A DNA stretch of 40,238 nt from Candidatus Undinarchaeales archaeon (GCA_030753015.1 JASMDC010000032.1:1-40238), one strand, 5' to 3'. Counted from the first letter of the stretch, positions 25,166-35,333 are shown. The notes: generated by a model from the sequence alone, not told the origin. Made by a program: numbers and translations.

Positions 25166-26821
25166 CTAGAAGTCCATGCCTCCCATACCGCCCATACCCG
25201 GAGGCATACCGGGGGGCATGCCACCGCCATCGCCCTTGGAGAGCTCCTTGGCGACGACGATGTCATCGATGCGAAGCACCATCTCAGCGACCTCGGAGGC
25301 GCTCTTGATGGCCTGCGACTTGAGCAGGGTAGGCTCGATGACGCCCACCTTGTACATATCTATGACCTTACCCCGGAGGATCTCAAGGCCATGCCACTTA
25401 CCGCCCTTCTTCTCATGGGCAGCGCGGATGGACACGAGCTTGTCGATCGGGTCGAGCCCTGCGTTCTCGGCAAGGGCACGGGGGACCACATCGATGGCGT
25501 CGGCGAAGGCGTTGATGGCCAGCTGCTCCTTCCCGCCGACGGTGTCGGCGAAGTGGCGCAGCGTCTTTGACATCTCGACCTCGATTGCACCGCCGCCAGC
25601 GACGACCTTGCCGCCCTTGATGGTAGCGATGACGTCGTCGAGGGCGTCCTCGACAGCGCGTTCGAGCTCGTTGACCACATGCTCGGTGCCGCCCCTCACG
25701 AGGAGGGTGACCGCCTTGGCGCCCTTGCACCCGCGGACGAAGGTCATCTCGTCCCCGGCGATCTTCTGCTGCTCGACGATGTCCGAGTGACCCAGGTCCT
25801 TCTTCTCGAGGTCGTCGAGGTTGGTGACCAACCTGGCTCCCGTGGCCTTGGCCAGCTTGTCCATGTCGGACTTCTTGACCCGGCGGACGGCAAAGATGCC
25901 CTCCTTGGCAAGGTAGTGCTGAGCAAGGTCGTCGATGCCCTTCTGACACATGAGGACGTTTGCGCCGACCTTCTTTATCTTGTCGACCATACCCTTGAGG
26001 ATCTTCTCCTCCTGGTGTAGGAAGGCGTCCAGCTGGTTGGGATCGTTGATGTTGATCTTGGCATCGGTCTCGGTCTTCTTGATCTCGATGGCCGAGTTGA
26101 TCAGGGCGATCTTGGACTTCTTGATACCCCGGGGCATACCGGAGTGCACGCGCTCCTTGTCGATGATGATACCCTCGATGAGCTCGGTGTCCTCAAGGGA
26201 CCCGCCCTGCTTCTTATCGATCTTGACGTTGTCCTTGTCGACGGTGACGGTCTTGCCGTCCTTCTCCACGACCTGGAGCACGGATTTTACGACGAGCTCG
26301 GCAAGGAATTCCTTACCGCCCTCGGCGTTCTTGCCGGTCATAGCGGTCTTGGCCACATTGAGCAGGACTGTCCTGTCCTTGGTGGTGACCTTCTTGGAGA
26401 TCTTTTCGAGGATCTCTTGCGACTTGGACGCGGCAAGGCGGTATCCCTTGACGATGATGGTGGGGTGGATGTGCTGGTCGAGGAGCGCCTCGGCGTTCTT
26501 GAGGAGCTCACCGGCAACCATAACGGCAGTGGTGGTCCCGTCGCCGATCTCCTCGCCCTGCACCTTGGCGACCTCGATCATCATCTTGGCGGTGGGGTGC
26601 TCGATCTCCATCTCGCCGAGGATGGTCACACCGTCGTTGGTGACGATCACATCGCCGAGAGTGTCCACGAGCATCTTGTCCATGCCCTTGGGGCCGAGCG
26701 TGGTGCGCACGACCTCGGCTACAGTGCGCGCAGCAAGGATGTTCATCCGCTGGGCGTCGCGTCCCTTGGTCCTCAGTGCTCCCTCGGGGAGGAGCATGAC
26801 CTGCATTGGTTGTTGAGCCAT
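25166..26821 (-). CDS. ths: Thermosome subunit (group II chaperonin)
   Basis: [43 protein letters not shown] and a GGMPPGM tail. ATG 26821 lies 7 nt after AGGTGA. Confidence 0.98.
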   Translation of the reverse strand: MAQQPMQVMLLPEGALRTKGRDAQRMNILAARTVAEVVRTTLGPKGMDKMLVDTLGDVIVTNDGVTILGEMEIEHPTAKMMIEVAKVQGEEIGDGTTTAVMVAGELLKNAEALLDQHIHPTIIVKGYRLAASKSQEILEKISKKVTTKDRTVLLNVAKTAMTGKNAEGGKEFLAELVVKSVLQVVEKDGKTVTVDKDNVKIDKKQGGSLEDTELIEGIIIDKERVHSGMPRGIKKSKIALINSAIEIKKTETDAKININDPNQLDAFLHQEEKILKGMVDKIKKVGANVLMCQKGIDDLAQHYLAKEGIFAVRRVKKSDMDKLAKATGARLVTNLDDLEKKDLGHSDIVEQQKIAGDEMTFVRGCKGAKAVTLLVRGGTEHVVNELERAVEDALDDVIATIKGGKVVAGGGAIEVEMSKTLRHFADTVGGKEQLAINAFADAIDVVPRALAENAGLDPIDKLVSIRAAHEKKGGKWHGLEILRGKVIDMYKVGVIEPTLLKSQAIKSASEVAEMVLRIDDIVVAKELSKGDGGGMPPGMPPGMGGMGGMDF

Positions 26822-26949
26822 TTTCATATCACCTTTCGTCAAATGGGCTGTGTTATGACCATGATGGTCTCGGCAATCACGGGAAGTGTCGGTTATTTCT
26901 CCCTCATGAACACCTTCTAGCCTTTACGGACCGCCTTTTTATCGTAGAA

Positions 26950-26963
26950 ATTATAAACCTTTC
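26950..26963 (-). promoter_or_regulatory. BRE-TATA promoter of thermosome
   Basis: Minus strand GAAAGG-TTTATAAT about 130 nt upstream of the ATG, implying a roughly 100-nt leader. Confidence 0.6.
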
Positions 26964-27052
26964 CAAATAAAGCGGGGAAAAATCGCCCCCAGTCACCCGT
27001 TTTTCTGTAGTCACGATGCTTGTGAGTCAAAAATGATACTGCTCAGGAGACA

Positions 27053-27262
27053 TCAAATGTAGGGTTTGTTCCGGGTAAAGGCGTCAGGCACCTTGTACTG
27101 CTTTGCTGCACCCTGTCCGTCCGGGGCCGGGTGGACCTTCTGCGTCGAGGTCATGAACTGGAGAAAACCGTAATGGCGAATGACGTTCATGAACCGTTCG
27201 AACATCTCTCCTGACGGTAATTCGAACGTGATGGAGTACATATACGTCTCAGGTTCGCCCAC
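27053..27262 (-). CDS. Small hypothetical protein (69 aa)
   Basis: GTG start about 36 nt downstream of a TTTAAAT TATA box shared with the divergent peptidase; fills the intergenic gap. Confidence 0.5.
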   Translation of the reverse strand: MGEPETYMYSITFELPSGEMFERFMNVIRHYGFLQFMTSTQKVHPAPDGQGAAKQYKVPDAFTRNKPYI

Positions 27263-27290
27263 ATCTATTTATGTCTGGCGCGGCCCGGTG

Positions 27291-27305
27291 AATAAGCATT
27301 TAAAG
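27291..27305. promoter_or_regulatory. Divergent TATA box
   Basis: AATAAGCATTTAAAG, about 22-28 nt before ATG 27327 (leaderless-like spacing). Confidence 0.5.
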
Positions 27306-27326
27306 CTCGTGGCGCGTCCTGCACTC

Positions 27327-28400
27327 ATGATCGATCAATTCTCGCTCTTGAAGGATCTCTCCGAAACGCCAGCAGTATCGGGTGATGAGTTCCGTGTCCG
27401 TGACATCCTTGCCAAGGAGCTTCGTCCTCTGGTCGATGAGGTGCGCTTCGACAAGATCGGGAACATCATAGCCACCAAACATGGGAAGCCTAACGCCCCG
27501 CGCATAATGATCACGGCCCACATGGACGAGATCGGGCTACTGGTCAAGTACATCACCGACGATGGCTTCATCTCCTTCACAAGGATCGGCGCCATCAATG
27601 ACAGGACCCTCATCAACCGCCGTGTCGTTCTCCACGCGAAGAAGGGCGACCTCCATGGGGTCATCGGGACCAAACCACCCCATCTGCGGAAGAAGGGTGA
27701 TGACGACGAAAAAGTGGCCGCGCTCTTCATCGACGTCGGGGCAAAGGACCGTAAGGGTGTGGAAAAGCTCGGTATCGCTATCGGCACATACGTTAGCTTC
27801 GACCAGCGGTTCGAGAACCTTGGCGGAAATAACATCATCACGGGCAAGGCGCTCGATGGGCGGCTCGGCTGCTATGTTATGATAGAGGCAATGCGAAAGC
27901 TCCGTAAGGCTGGATGTACTGTGTACGCAGTAGGGACCGTCCAGGAGGCGGTCGGGCTCAAGGGCGCACGTGTAGCGGCCTTCAGCCTCAATCCGGACGC
28001 TGCTCTTGTTCTCGATGTCGCGGTGGCGGGTGACTTCCCGGCCATGCTCCTGCATGAATCACCGGTCAACATCGGTGACGGTCCGGTCATCATGCTCGTC
28101 GAAGGTGCAGGACGCGGTCTCATCACGCACCCGATCATCCGCGATCTCCTCGTCGCTGCTGCCGATAAGCTCAAGATCAAACATCAGATCAGGGTATCGG
28201 ATGCCGGTATCACGGACGCCGGTAGCATATACCTCACCCGCGAGGGCATCCCGTCAGGCGTGATCAGCATACCATGCCGCTACATCCACAGCCCCATCGA
28301 AGTGGCCAGCATGAAGGACGTGGACGGAGCTGTGAAACTCCTGGTGGCGACAATAAAGGCTGCTGAAAAGGTCACGGACTGGGTCCACAAGGCCAGCTGA
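27327..28400 (+). CDS. M42 family (TET) metallo-aminopeptidase
   Basis: SGDE, DKIGN, AHMDEIG, DVGA, GKALDGR, TVQEAVG.KGA, VLDV, TDAG, RYIHSP.E. ATG 27327 (MIDQFSLLKDL) is the likely start. Confidence 0.93.
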   Translation: MIDQFSLLKDLSETPAVSGDEFRVRDILAKELRPLVDEVRFDKIGNIIATKHGKPNAPRIMITAHMDEIGLLVKYITDDGFISFTRIGAINDRTLINRRVVLHAKKGDLHGVIGTKPPHLRKKGDDDEKVAALFIDVGAKDRKGVEKLGIAIGTYVSFDQRFENLGGNNIITGKALDGRLGCYVMIEAMRKLRKAGCTVYAVGTVQEAVGLKGARVAAFSLNPDAALVLDVAVAGDFPAMLLHESPVNIGDGPVIMLVEGAGRGLITHPIIRDLLVAAADKLKIKHQIRVSDAGITDAGSIYLTREGIPSGVISIPCRYIHSPIEVASMKDVDGAVKLLVATIKAAEKVTDWVHKAS

Positions 28401-28439
28401 TATGCCGTGTAAGGCACATTTCATATCTGGGCGACGAAC

Positions 28440-28640
28440 TTACTGTTGTTCGTTCTCGGCCTGGATGGCGCGCTGAACACGGGCGTTCTTTTTTGCCCTG
28501 AGCAGCTCATCGATCTCTGTGTCAACTTCCTCGTAGCTCTTGCTCGCAAGCTCGCCGTACACCTTCTTGAGAAGGGTTATGATGACGTCGTTCTGAATCT
28601 TGAAGTGGCGTAGCATCCTCTTGTGCTCTTCGTCCATCAT
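28440..28640 (-). CDS. Small helical hypothetical protein (66 aa)
   Basis: GGTGAG SD before the ATG; TTTAAA box overlapping the upstream stop; amphipathic helical sequence. Confidence 0.65.
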   Translation of the reverse strand: MMDEEHKRMLRHFKIQNDVIITLLKKVYGELASKSYEEVDTEIDELLRAKKNARVQRAIQAENEQQ

Positions 28641-28690
28641 GATCTCACCGTGTCGGCCGAGGCCTTCGAGCTCGGATGGTCGGGAAACCT

Positions 28691-29629
28691 TTAAATCTCC
28701 ACCTCACGGGCGAGGAGGGCTTCAACCCGTTTTCGGTGAGGGAAGGTATGACCGGCCAGATGAAGTGCTGCCGCAGCGTTCGCGAACCTTAGCATGTCCT
28801 CGGTGGACAGACCTTCATGGTGAGCGTATATGAAGGCCGCGTTGAACACGTCACCCGTACCGGTGGGATCGCGCACGCCACCGGCCCGGACCACGGGGAC
28901 CGTGATGTCCTCATCCCGGGATATGAACCGGGATCCGTTCTCACCAAGATGGAGAACGACTGCCTTGACACCATGTCCGAGGATCGCCCTGGCGGCCTCC
29001 GCAGGATCACGGTCCGGCATCTGTGCGATGTGTACGGCCTCGAGCTCGTTCACGAACAGCACGTCTGTATTCTCAAGCACTCCGAACAGCCCATCGAGTC
29101 GTTCCTCGGTCCATCCCAGATGGTCCCAACCAACATCGAGGAGCGTAACAGCGCCGTTAGCTTGCGCTCTCGAGAAGATCCGTGCAGTCGGTTCTCCCAT
29201 GATGGCCGGTGTGTACCAGTACCCCGCTCTCATTACATACCGGCCCCGTAATGCCTCTTCGGGTACGTCCTCAGCAGCGACGGTTTCGTTCGTCTCTCCC
29301 TGGTCACCCAGGAACGAGCGCTTCCCACCCGTGAACGTCACTGCAACGGTGAGAGCGGTCCGTCCCTTGATGCTCCTGAGTGCAGTGGCCACGTCGTAAT
29401 CGTCAAGCATCTCCTTGAGACGTACGCCCCAGTGATCGCTCCCTATCCTACCGACAAGGAGGGATTCGAGACCGAGTCGCGAGCACGCTACTGCGGTGTT
29501 GGCAGCGTTCCCACCGACGCGTTCGGTGAACACGACTTCCTCCGACACCTCGGGTACGATCGATTCGACGGGAGTCGAGACGAGATCGATGTTCACATCA
29601 CCGATGCAAACGATCTGCGGTACGCTCAT
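28691..29629 (-). CDS. PfkB/ribokinase-family carbohydrate kinase
   Basis: GDVNID, GGNAANTA, GRIGSDHWG, FVNELEA, DPTGTGDVFNAAF, ANAAAA. Confidence 0.93.
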   Translation of the reverse strand: MSVPQIVCIGDVNIDLVSTPVESIVPEVSEEVVFTERVGGNAANTAVACSRLGLESLLVGRIGSDHWGVRLKEMLDDYDVATALRSIKGRTALTVAVTFTGGKRSFLGDQGETNETVAAEDVPEEALRGRYVMRAGYWYTPAIMGEPTARIFSRAQANGAVTLLDVGWDHLGWTEERLDGLFGVLENTDVLFVNELEAVHIAQMPDRDPAEAARAILGHGVKAVVLHLGENGSRFISRDEDITVPVVRAGGVRDPTGTGDVFNAAFIYAHHEGLSTEDMLRFANAAAALHLAGHTFPHRKRVEALLAREVEI

Positions 29630-30339
29630 TGTATGTCACCTCGCACGAGTTCGCTCGGATCGCTGGCGATTCGCGTGTACGACCGTGATGTCCTGAAGGC
29701 CTCGGCAAAGTCCGAGTTGGCAAGGAAACCTCGGCTCCGGCCCAGTGACTCGGCGTACTCGACGAGTCCGGGAAGCACCTCGAGCTGGCTGTCGAAACAG
29801 CGGAGAGCCTCTAGCTTACGTTCGAAGGCCTCTGTCACGTCCACGACGATGGTGGGTCGCGGGAAGAGGTTGAGCACCTCGTACCACAACACCTCCTGTA
29901 CGCGCCAAGGCTCCCCATCCTCTGGATAGACGTTGTTACCGGCCTGCCAGCATGCCTGTTCGACTAGACGGGAGACGGCACTATGCTTGCGGTGCCAATC
30001 TCGCGGCGCATGACAGAACACAAGGGCAGGACGCAGCTCCCGTATATAGGCGATGGCCTGCCTGAGGAGTACATCATCGCTCCGCAGTTGGGGGAGGGAG
30101 GCATCAAGGAGGAAGCGACGTTCGATACCGAGCACCTTGTCAGCCCGCTCGGTCTCCTTCTGGCGGACATCAATGATAGAGGAGGTGTCATCCACTGATG
30201 GAGAGCCGCCGATACCTGCCGTGAACGTGACAGCGGACACAGATCCCTTCTTAGTCAAGGAGGCGATTGTTGCCCCACATCCGATGACGATATCATCCGG
30301 ATGGGCCCCGAAACAGAGCGCTGTGGCATCCACGGACAT
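29626..30339 (-). CDS. PIG-L/LmbE family N-acetylhexosamine deacetylase
   Basis: AHPDD..IGCG, R..E...A..LG, HRKH (HxDH position), VDVT...K..AL.CF.SQ, AEAF. Confidence 0.88.
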   Translation of the reverse strand: MSVDATALCFGAHPDDIVIGCGATIASLTKKGSVSAVTFTAGIGGSPSVDDTSSIIDVRQKETERADKVLGIERRFLLDASLPQLRSDDVLLRQAIAYIRELRPALVFCHAPRDWHRKHSAVSRLVEQACWQAGNNVYPEDGEPWRVQEVLWYEVLNLFPRPTIVVDVTEAFERKLEALRCFDSQLEVLPGLVEYAESLGRSRGFLANSDFAEAFRTSRSYTRIASDPSELVRGDIQ

Positions 30340-30348
30340 GTTCCCCGT

Positions 30349-30687
30349 TCAGTCCTTCTCCTTTCCTTTATGGTCCTCGACGATGGTACGTAGGTCATCG
30401 GCGATGGCTCGTAGGATATTGTTGCTCGTATCCTGGCGCTCAAAGAACTCCTCTTCGATCGTGTCGATGCGGAAGAACAGGAAAGCGAATCCGAGAGCAA
30501 CGGCTGATATGAGCAGGATGAAGAACAGGTAGGTGATTACGATCGTGTTGGCCGATTGGAGTGTAAGGAAATCCTGCCATCCCCCTTTCTCGATGTCCAC
30601 GAACCGTGAGGCGATAAGAAATGTGAGGATGAATATCGAGACCATTAGCATACTGTACACGAACGATAGCTTCGTCCCCCCGGCCAT
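30349..30687 (-). CDS. Two-TM membrane protein (112 aa)
   Basis: ATG 30687 (MAGGTKLSF) lies about 22 nt after TATATAAAA; two hydrophobic helices followed by an acidic helical tail. The ORF-track extension to 30990 overlaps the KaiC gene. Confidence 0.75.
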   Translation of the reverse strand: MAGGTKLSFVYSMLMVSIFILTFLIASRFVDIEKGGWQDFLTLQSANTIVITYLFFILLISAVALGFAFLFFRIDTIEEEFFERQDTSNNILRAIADDLRTIVEDHKGKEKD

Positions 30688-30708
30688 GGATGCGGTGAGG
30701 GTTGCATG

Positions 30709-30718
30709 TTTTATATAT
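30709..30718. promoter_or_regulatory. Bidirectional TATA box
   Basis: TTTTATATAT between divergent starts at 30687(-) and 30754(+). Confidence 0.6.
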
Positions 30719-30753
30719 CTTGCATCCCCATGCCGTGCAAAGGTGTAAGCCTC

Positions 30754-31470
30754 ATGGATCGCATTTCTTCTGGAGTCCCTGGCCTCGATAAGCTCATCGT
30801 CGGGGGCATCCCCCGTGGTTACTCGATGTCGCTCAAGGGACCCCCCGGTTCCGGAAAGACCACCATGGCCCTCCAGTTCCTCATTGAGGGTGCCAGCAAG
30901 GGTGAAACAGGTCTCTATATATCGTTCAAGGAGCCCCTCTCGCGAGTACAGCACATCGCGGACGGCTATGGTTGGAACATTGAAAAGCATCTCGACAATA
31001 ACCTCTTCCTGGAGACACTCTCCACGGACGACGTGTTCGAGCGTTCCATCCCGTCCCTCCTAGCACTCATCGAGCGCTATGAGGCCAAGCGTGTTGTGTT
31101 CGATTCGTTGAAGAAGGTCGTGACGGGCGCAAAGCCGTTCATGAAGGGCGAGGTCGAGTTCGACTTCGACACATTCCTCCGGAAGCTGGAGCAGATGGGA
31201 GTGACCACCATCTTCGTTACCAACCGTGAGAACATCCAGCCCGAGAAGATCGTGTTCGATGCTCTGGACTTCATCTTCGATGGCATACTCATCCTGGACA
31301 TCCGCATCGTGGGCGGCGAGGCCCGTAACTACGTCTACGTCCAGAAAATGCGTGCCACTGCCATCGACCACGGGTTCAGGCCGCTCATCTTCGGTAAGCA
31401 CGGCCTCGAAATCCGCTCCAAGGAATCGGTCTCGGCCAGGGTCAAGGGCTTCTTCGGCGACGAGGAGTAG
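30754..31470 (+). CDS. Single-domain KaiC/RAD55/GvpD-family RecA-like ATPase
   Basis: MDRISSGVPGLDKLI.GGIP, Walker A GPPGSGKT, Walker B RVVFDS, DG.L.L, QKMR.T. AAGGTG SD. Confidence 0.92.
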   Translation: MDRISSGVPGLDKLIVGGIPRGYSMSLKGPPGSGKTTMALQFLIEGASKGETGLYISFKEPLSRVQHIADGYGWNIEKHLDNNLFLETLSTDDVFERSIPSLLALIERYEAKRVVFDSLKKVVTGAKPFMKGEVEFDFDTFLRKLEQMGVTTIFVTNRENIQPEKIVFDALDFIFDGILILDIRIVGGEARNYVYVQKMRATAIDHGFRPLIFGKHGLEIRSKESVSARVKGFFGDEE

Positions 31471-31475
31471 CCTGG

Positions 31476-32123
31476 ATGGAGCTCGACGTACCTCTGTACG
31501 GGCTTGCCGTCATTGCATCCGTCATCCCTATAGGCATGCTCCTCTCCCGTGGGATTCGCCGTCTTGATAGGATGCTGTTCGCGGGATTCGTCGGCACTCT
31601 TGGACTGGCATCCCTATTCAGTATCCCTTTGCATTTGGAATCATATGTATCGCTCCATCCCTACCTTACTATCGTGTTCAACGCATTCATGCTTTCCTCG
31701 GCCTGCTTTGCCCTGTTCTCGACTACCGCCCTGCGACGAAATCTCGATGGCCAGGATCTCGTGCTCGCGTTCCCCGTCATGCTCGTGGTCCTCTACTCCC
31801 TCATCATGCCGAGCCAGGATACCGACCTTCTTGGAACGCACCTCCATATGACCATGCCGCTCTTGGTAGTGTCCCTGGTGTGCTACATGAGCATGATGGG
31901 TGCTGCCGTGTACAATCTCACATGGGTGTACCATCATATGGACGTGGGGCCCCGCCAGGAGCGCATGCTCGTGGTCCTCTTGGGATTGACCATCCTTACA
32001 GGATCCGAGCTCGTCACGGCCTTCGAGGTCTTCATGAGACTTGAAGCGCCGGCGTTCCGGCCCGTGGGCATCGTTCTCTGTGCCATCATGGTCACTTATG
32101 CCTTCACATCTAACCACTCTTGA
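31476..32123 (+). CDS. Polytopic (~7 TM) membrane protein, possible sensor
   Basis: About seven hydrophobic segments; starts 5 nt after the KaiC-like stop with a GAGGAG SD. Confidence 0.75.
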   Translation: MELDVPLYGLAVIASVIPIGMLLSRGIRRLDRMLFAGFVGTLGLASLFSIPLHLESYVSLHPYLTIVFNAFMLSSACFALFSTTALRRNLDGQDLVLAFPVMLVVLYSLIMPSQDTDLLGTHLHMTMPLLVVSLVCYMSMMGAAVYNLTWVYHHMDVGPRQERMLVVLLGLTILTGSELVTAFEVFMRLEAPAFRPVGIVLCAIMVTYAFTSNHS

Positions 32124-32209
32124 TGTACTGGGCTCTGTTGTCCTTGTGAGAGGATCCGTAGAGCCTAAGGTGATTCTTTATAACGAAAGAAAGGACTTCT
32201 AACTACCCA

Positions 32210-33004
32210 ATGTGTGACCTTATGGGCGTGAGCGCCTCGAGCGAGGCCCATATAACCCCGTCGATCGAGCGATTCATGATGGGGTGGCGAGACAATCCCC
32301 ATGGCTGGGGGGTGGGTGTGTATGGCGGACGTGCTGTTTCCATCTTCAAGGAAGCAGCCGCATCGAGAACTAGTTCGCTCCTATCCACCCTCACAAGCTC
32401 GGGTATCTTTGCATCGCGCTTGCTGGTATCCCATATCCGTAACATGACCGTTGGAGGCCAGAGCCTTGCCAACACTCATCCTTTCACGCGAGAGCTCAAT
32501 GGTCAAGACCATTTGTTCGCGCACAACGGCACCTTGCGCCGGGTGCGCGACATCACAACCGAGCACTATCACCCCGTTGGCACCACGGACTCTGAGCATG
32601 CGTTCTGTGTAATCATGGACTCCCTTCGTCTGGCAGGACGACATGCCACACAGGAGGAGCGTATCGAGGCCGTGTCGGATGCAGTTGACACGATTATCAC
32701 TCGTGAGCTCGAGGTCCCACACCCCCTTGGTAGATCGTCGGCGAAGTTGAACGTCCTCTTCTCGGACGGCGAGCTCCTCATCGCGTACAACAGCGGATTC
32801 CGCCCCATGTCCCGGGCACACCATACATTCGATGACGGCACGACCATCGGTATGGTCGCCTCCGAGCCCCTTGATGATGAGTTCGAATGGGAGGTCATGG
32901 ACATCGGCGAGTTCATCGTACTGGACCAGGGCACCATCATCGACCACCGCTGCATCAACGGCTGCCCCCCTGAACTGGGTGGGATCCCCGCTCGCTCGTC
33001 GTAG
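32210..33004 (+). CDS. Class II (Ntn) glutamine amidotransferase, YafJ/EgtC-like
   Basis: N-terminal MC nucleophile, NPHGWG, SHIR, NTHPF, FAHNG, GTTDSE, VASEPL. A TTTATAA box lies about 27 nt upstream. Confidence 0.9.
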   Translation: MCDLMGVSASSEAHITPSIERFMMGWRDNPHGWGVGVYGGRAVSIFKEAAASRTSSLLSTLTSSGIFASRLLVSHIRNMTVGGQSLANTHPFTRELNGQDHLFAHNGTLRRVRDITTEHYHPVGTTDSEHAFCVIMDSLRLAGRHATQEERIEAVSDAVDTIITRELEVPHPLGRSSAKLNVLFSDGELLIAYNSGFRPMSRAHHTFDDGTTIGMVASEPLDDEFEWEVMDIGEFIVLDQGTIIDHRCINGCPPELGGIPARSS

Positions 33005-33056
33005 GTGCGAACGCCTCATTGAATTGCTAATTTTCTAGCTAGTAAAAGAACGCTGA

Positions 33057-33079
33057 GGGGCCCGCAGTAAACAGGCCCC
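33057..33079 (-). terminator. Hairpin downstream of acs copy 1 (convergent with the GATase gene)
   Basis: Minus strand GGGGCCUGU-UUACU-GCGGGCCCC, followed within about 10 nt by TTCTTTT. Confidence 0.55.
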
Positions 33080-33103
33080 CTGTTCTCCTCTTTTAGTATA
33101 TCT

Positions 33104-35092
33104 CTATCTCCCCTTCTCTTCGAGGAGGTGCTCCTTGAGGAGACGGTCGACAACGCTCGGATCTGCGAGTGTTGAGGTGTCGCCCACGTTCTCGTGCCCC
33201 TCGGCCACGGCCTTGAGTATCCGCCGCATGATCTTGCCCGAGCGGGTCTTGGGCAGAGCATCGGCGAAGTGGATGTATTCGGGCGTGGCGATGGGGCCCA
33301 TGGCCTTCCTTACCTCCTTCACGAGTTCCTTCTTGAGGCCGTCGGATGTATCGACGCCGGTCTTGACGGTCACGTAGGCATAGATCCCCTCGCCCTTGAT
33401 ATCGTGCGGGATGGGCACAACGGCGGCCTCGGCCACACTAGTGTGGCCCACCAAGGCCGACTCCACCTCGGCGGTACCGATGCGGTGGCCGGACACGTTC
33501 ATCACGTCGTCCACACGGCCCATGATCCAGAAGTATCCGTCCTCGTCGAACCGGGCACCGTCTCCGCTGAAGTAGACACCGTCGAACCTGGACCAGTAGG
33601 TATCCTTGAACCGCTGGTGGTCCCCGTACAAGGTCCGCATCAGACCGGGCCACGGCTTCTTGATCACAAGGTAGCCGCCCTCGTTGGCCTTCGCTTCGGT
33701 GCCATCCTCCTTGAGGATGGCGGGTTCGATGCCGAAGAAGGGCATGATACACGAGCCGGGCTTGGTGGGGTGAGCACCGGGGAGCGGGGTGAGGAGCACG
33801 CCGCCGGTCTCGGTCTGCCACCAAGTGTCCACGATGGGGCACTTCTCTCCCCCGATCACCTTGTGGTACCACATCCATGCCTCGGGATTGATGGGTTCGC
33901 CAACGGTCCCCAGGAGGCGCAGGGAAGAGAGGTCGTGACGTTCTGGCCATGCCTCACCGGACTTGATGAGGGCGCGGATGGCAGTAGGGGCTGTGTAGAA
34001 TATGTTCACTCCGAATTTCTCCACAATCTTCCAAAACCGGTCGGGAGCGGGGTAAGTGGGCACTCCCTCGAACATGACGCTCGTAGCGCCGGCGCAGAGA
34101 GGACCGTAGAGGATGTAGGAGTGACCCGTTATCCACCCGATATCGGCAGTGCACCAGTAGGTGTCATCGTCCTGGTGGTCGAAGATGTAGTTGAAGGTCG
34201 TCGTGGTGTAGAGCATGTAGCCGCCAATCGTGTGCAGCACGCCCTTGGGCTTGCCCGTGCTCCCCGATGTGTAGAGGATGAAAAGCGGGTCCTCCGCGTC
34301 CATCTTCTCGGCGGGACATTCGGGCGAAGCGTTCTTCATGAGATGGTGATAGTAGTGGTCCCTGCCCTCCACCATATTAACATCCATCTTCCTGAGGCGC
34401 TTGACAACGACGACGTTATCGATGGTCGGACACTCGGCAACGGCCTCGTCCGCTTTGTCCTTGGACATGATCGTCTTACCGGCCCGGTAGTAGCCGTTGG
34501 AGCAGATTAGGAGCTTGCAACCGCTGTCGTTGATCCGGTCCCGAAGGGCGTTGGCAGAGAAGCCGCCGAAAACAACGGAGTGGACGGCGCCGATGCGGGC
34601 GCAGGCCAGCATGACCACGGGGAGCTCAAGGATCATGGGCATGTAGATGGCAATGCGATCACCCTTCTTCACGCCCAGGCTCTTTAGCACATTGGAGAAC
34701 TTGCATACCTCCTGGTGGAGCTTCCAGTAGGTATAGGTGTGCGTCTCGCCCTCGGGCTCGCCCTGCCAGATGAGAGCTGCCTTGTTCTTGCGCCAACCGG
34801 AAAGGTGCTTGTCGAGGCAGTTGGAGGAGGCGTTGAGCTTACCACCCTTGAACCAGCTGAACGTAGACTCCTTCTTGTCCCACTCGAACACCTTGTCCCA
34901 GCCGGTACTGAACCAGTCGAGGTTCTCCTTGGCCTGTTTCTCCCAGAAGGCCTCGGGATCCTTGATCGACTCGTCGTAGAGCTTCTTGTATTCCTTCAAG
35001 TTCTTGATGTGCGCCCGCTCAAGGAACTCATTGGGCGGTGGGAACTTGCGCTTCTCGTCCATCATTGAGGTTATGCTATTTGCATTTGCCAT
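33104..35092 (-). CDS. acs: Acetyl-CoA synthetase (AMP-forming), copy 1
   Basis: [61 protein letters not shown] 35092 follows AGGTGA. Confidence 0.97.
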   Translation of the reverse strand: MANANSITSMMDEKRKFPPPNEFLERAHIKNLKEYKKLYDESIKDPEAFWEKQAKENLDWFSTGWDKVFEWDKKESTFSWFKGGKLNASSNCLDKHLSGWRKNKAALIWQGEPEGETHTYTYWKLHQEVCKFSNVLKSLGVKKGDRIAIYMPMILELPVVMLACARIGAVHSVVFGGFSANALRDRINDSGCKLLICSNGYYRAGKTIMSKDKADEAVAECPTIDNVVVVKRLRKMDVNMVEGRDHYYHHLMKNASPECPAEKMDAEDPLFILYTSGSTGKPKGVLHTIGGYMLYTTTTFNYIFDHQDDDTYWCTADIGWITGHSYILYGPLCAGATSVMFEGVPTYPAPDRFWKIVEKFGVNIFYTAPTAIRALIKSGEAWPERHDLSSLRLLGTVGEPINPEAWMWYHKVIGGEKCPIVDTWWQTETGGVLLTPLPGAHPTKPGSCIMPFFGIEPAILKEDGTEAKANEGGYLVIKKPWPGLMRTLYGDHQRFKDTYWSRFDGVYFSGDGARFDEDGYFWIMGRVDDVMNVSGHRIGTAEVESALVGHTSVAEAAVVPIPHDIKGEGIYAYVTVKTGVDTSDGLKKELVKEVRKAMGPIATPEYIHFADALPKTRSGKIMRRILKAVAEGHENVGDTSTLADPSVVDRLLKEHLLEEKGR

Positions 35093-35182
35093 CGGGATCT
35101 CACCTAAAGGACCGTTCTGTGGATGACCATGGAAGGCTTCGGTGCGACTACCATGATCACTGTGATGCACAACCAGGAAACA

Positions 35183-35198
35183 CCTTAAAAAACTTTTG
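35183..35198 (-). promoter_or_regulatory. BRE-TATA promoter of acs copy 1
   Basis: Minus strand CAAAAGTTTTTTAAGG, 91 nt upstream of the ATG; mirrors the copy 2 promoter. Confidence 0.6.
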
Positions 35199-35333
35199 AT
35201 ATTGCGCCCATTACAGATATCATTGATAAGATTACTGGGCTTATTAATTAGTAATTGAAAACAATAGACGACGTTTCAATAGAAATTGATCTGTAGGCGG
35301 ACATCCTCTCGAACGTACCAGAGATGCTCTCGT

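Noticed and set aside
27180-27326. N-terminal extension of the M42 ORF
   Set aside because: It overlaps the divergent small ORF and the TATA box; family similarity begins at ATG 27327.
30688-30990. N-terminal extension of the 30349-30990 ORF
   Set aside because: It is antisense to the KaiC-like gene and spans the shared promoter.
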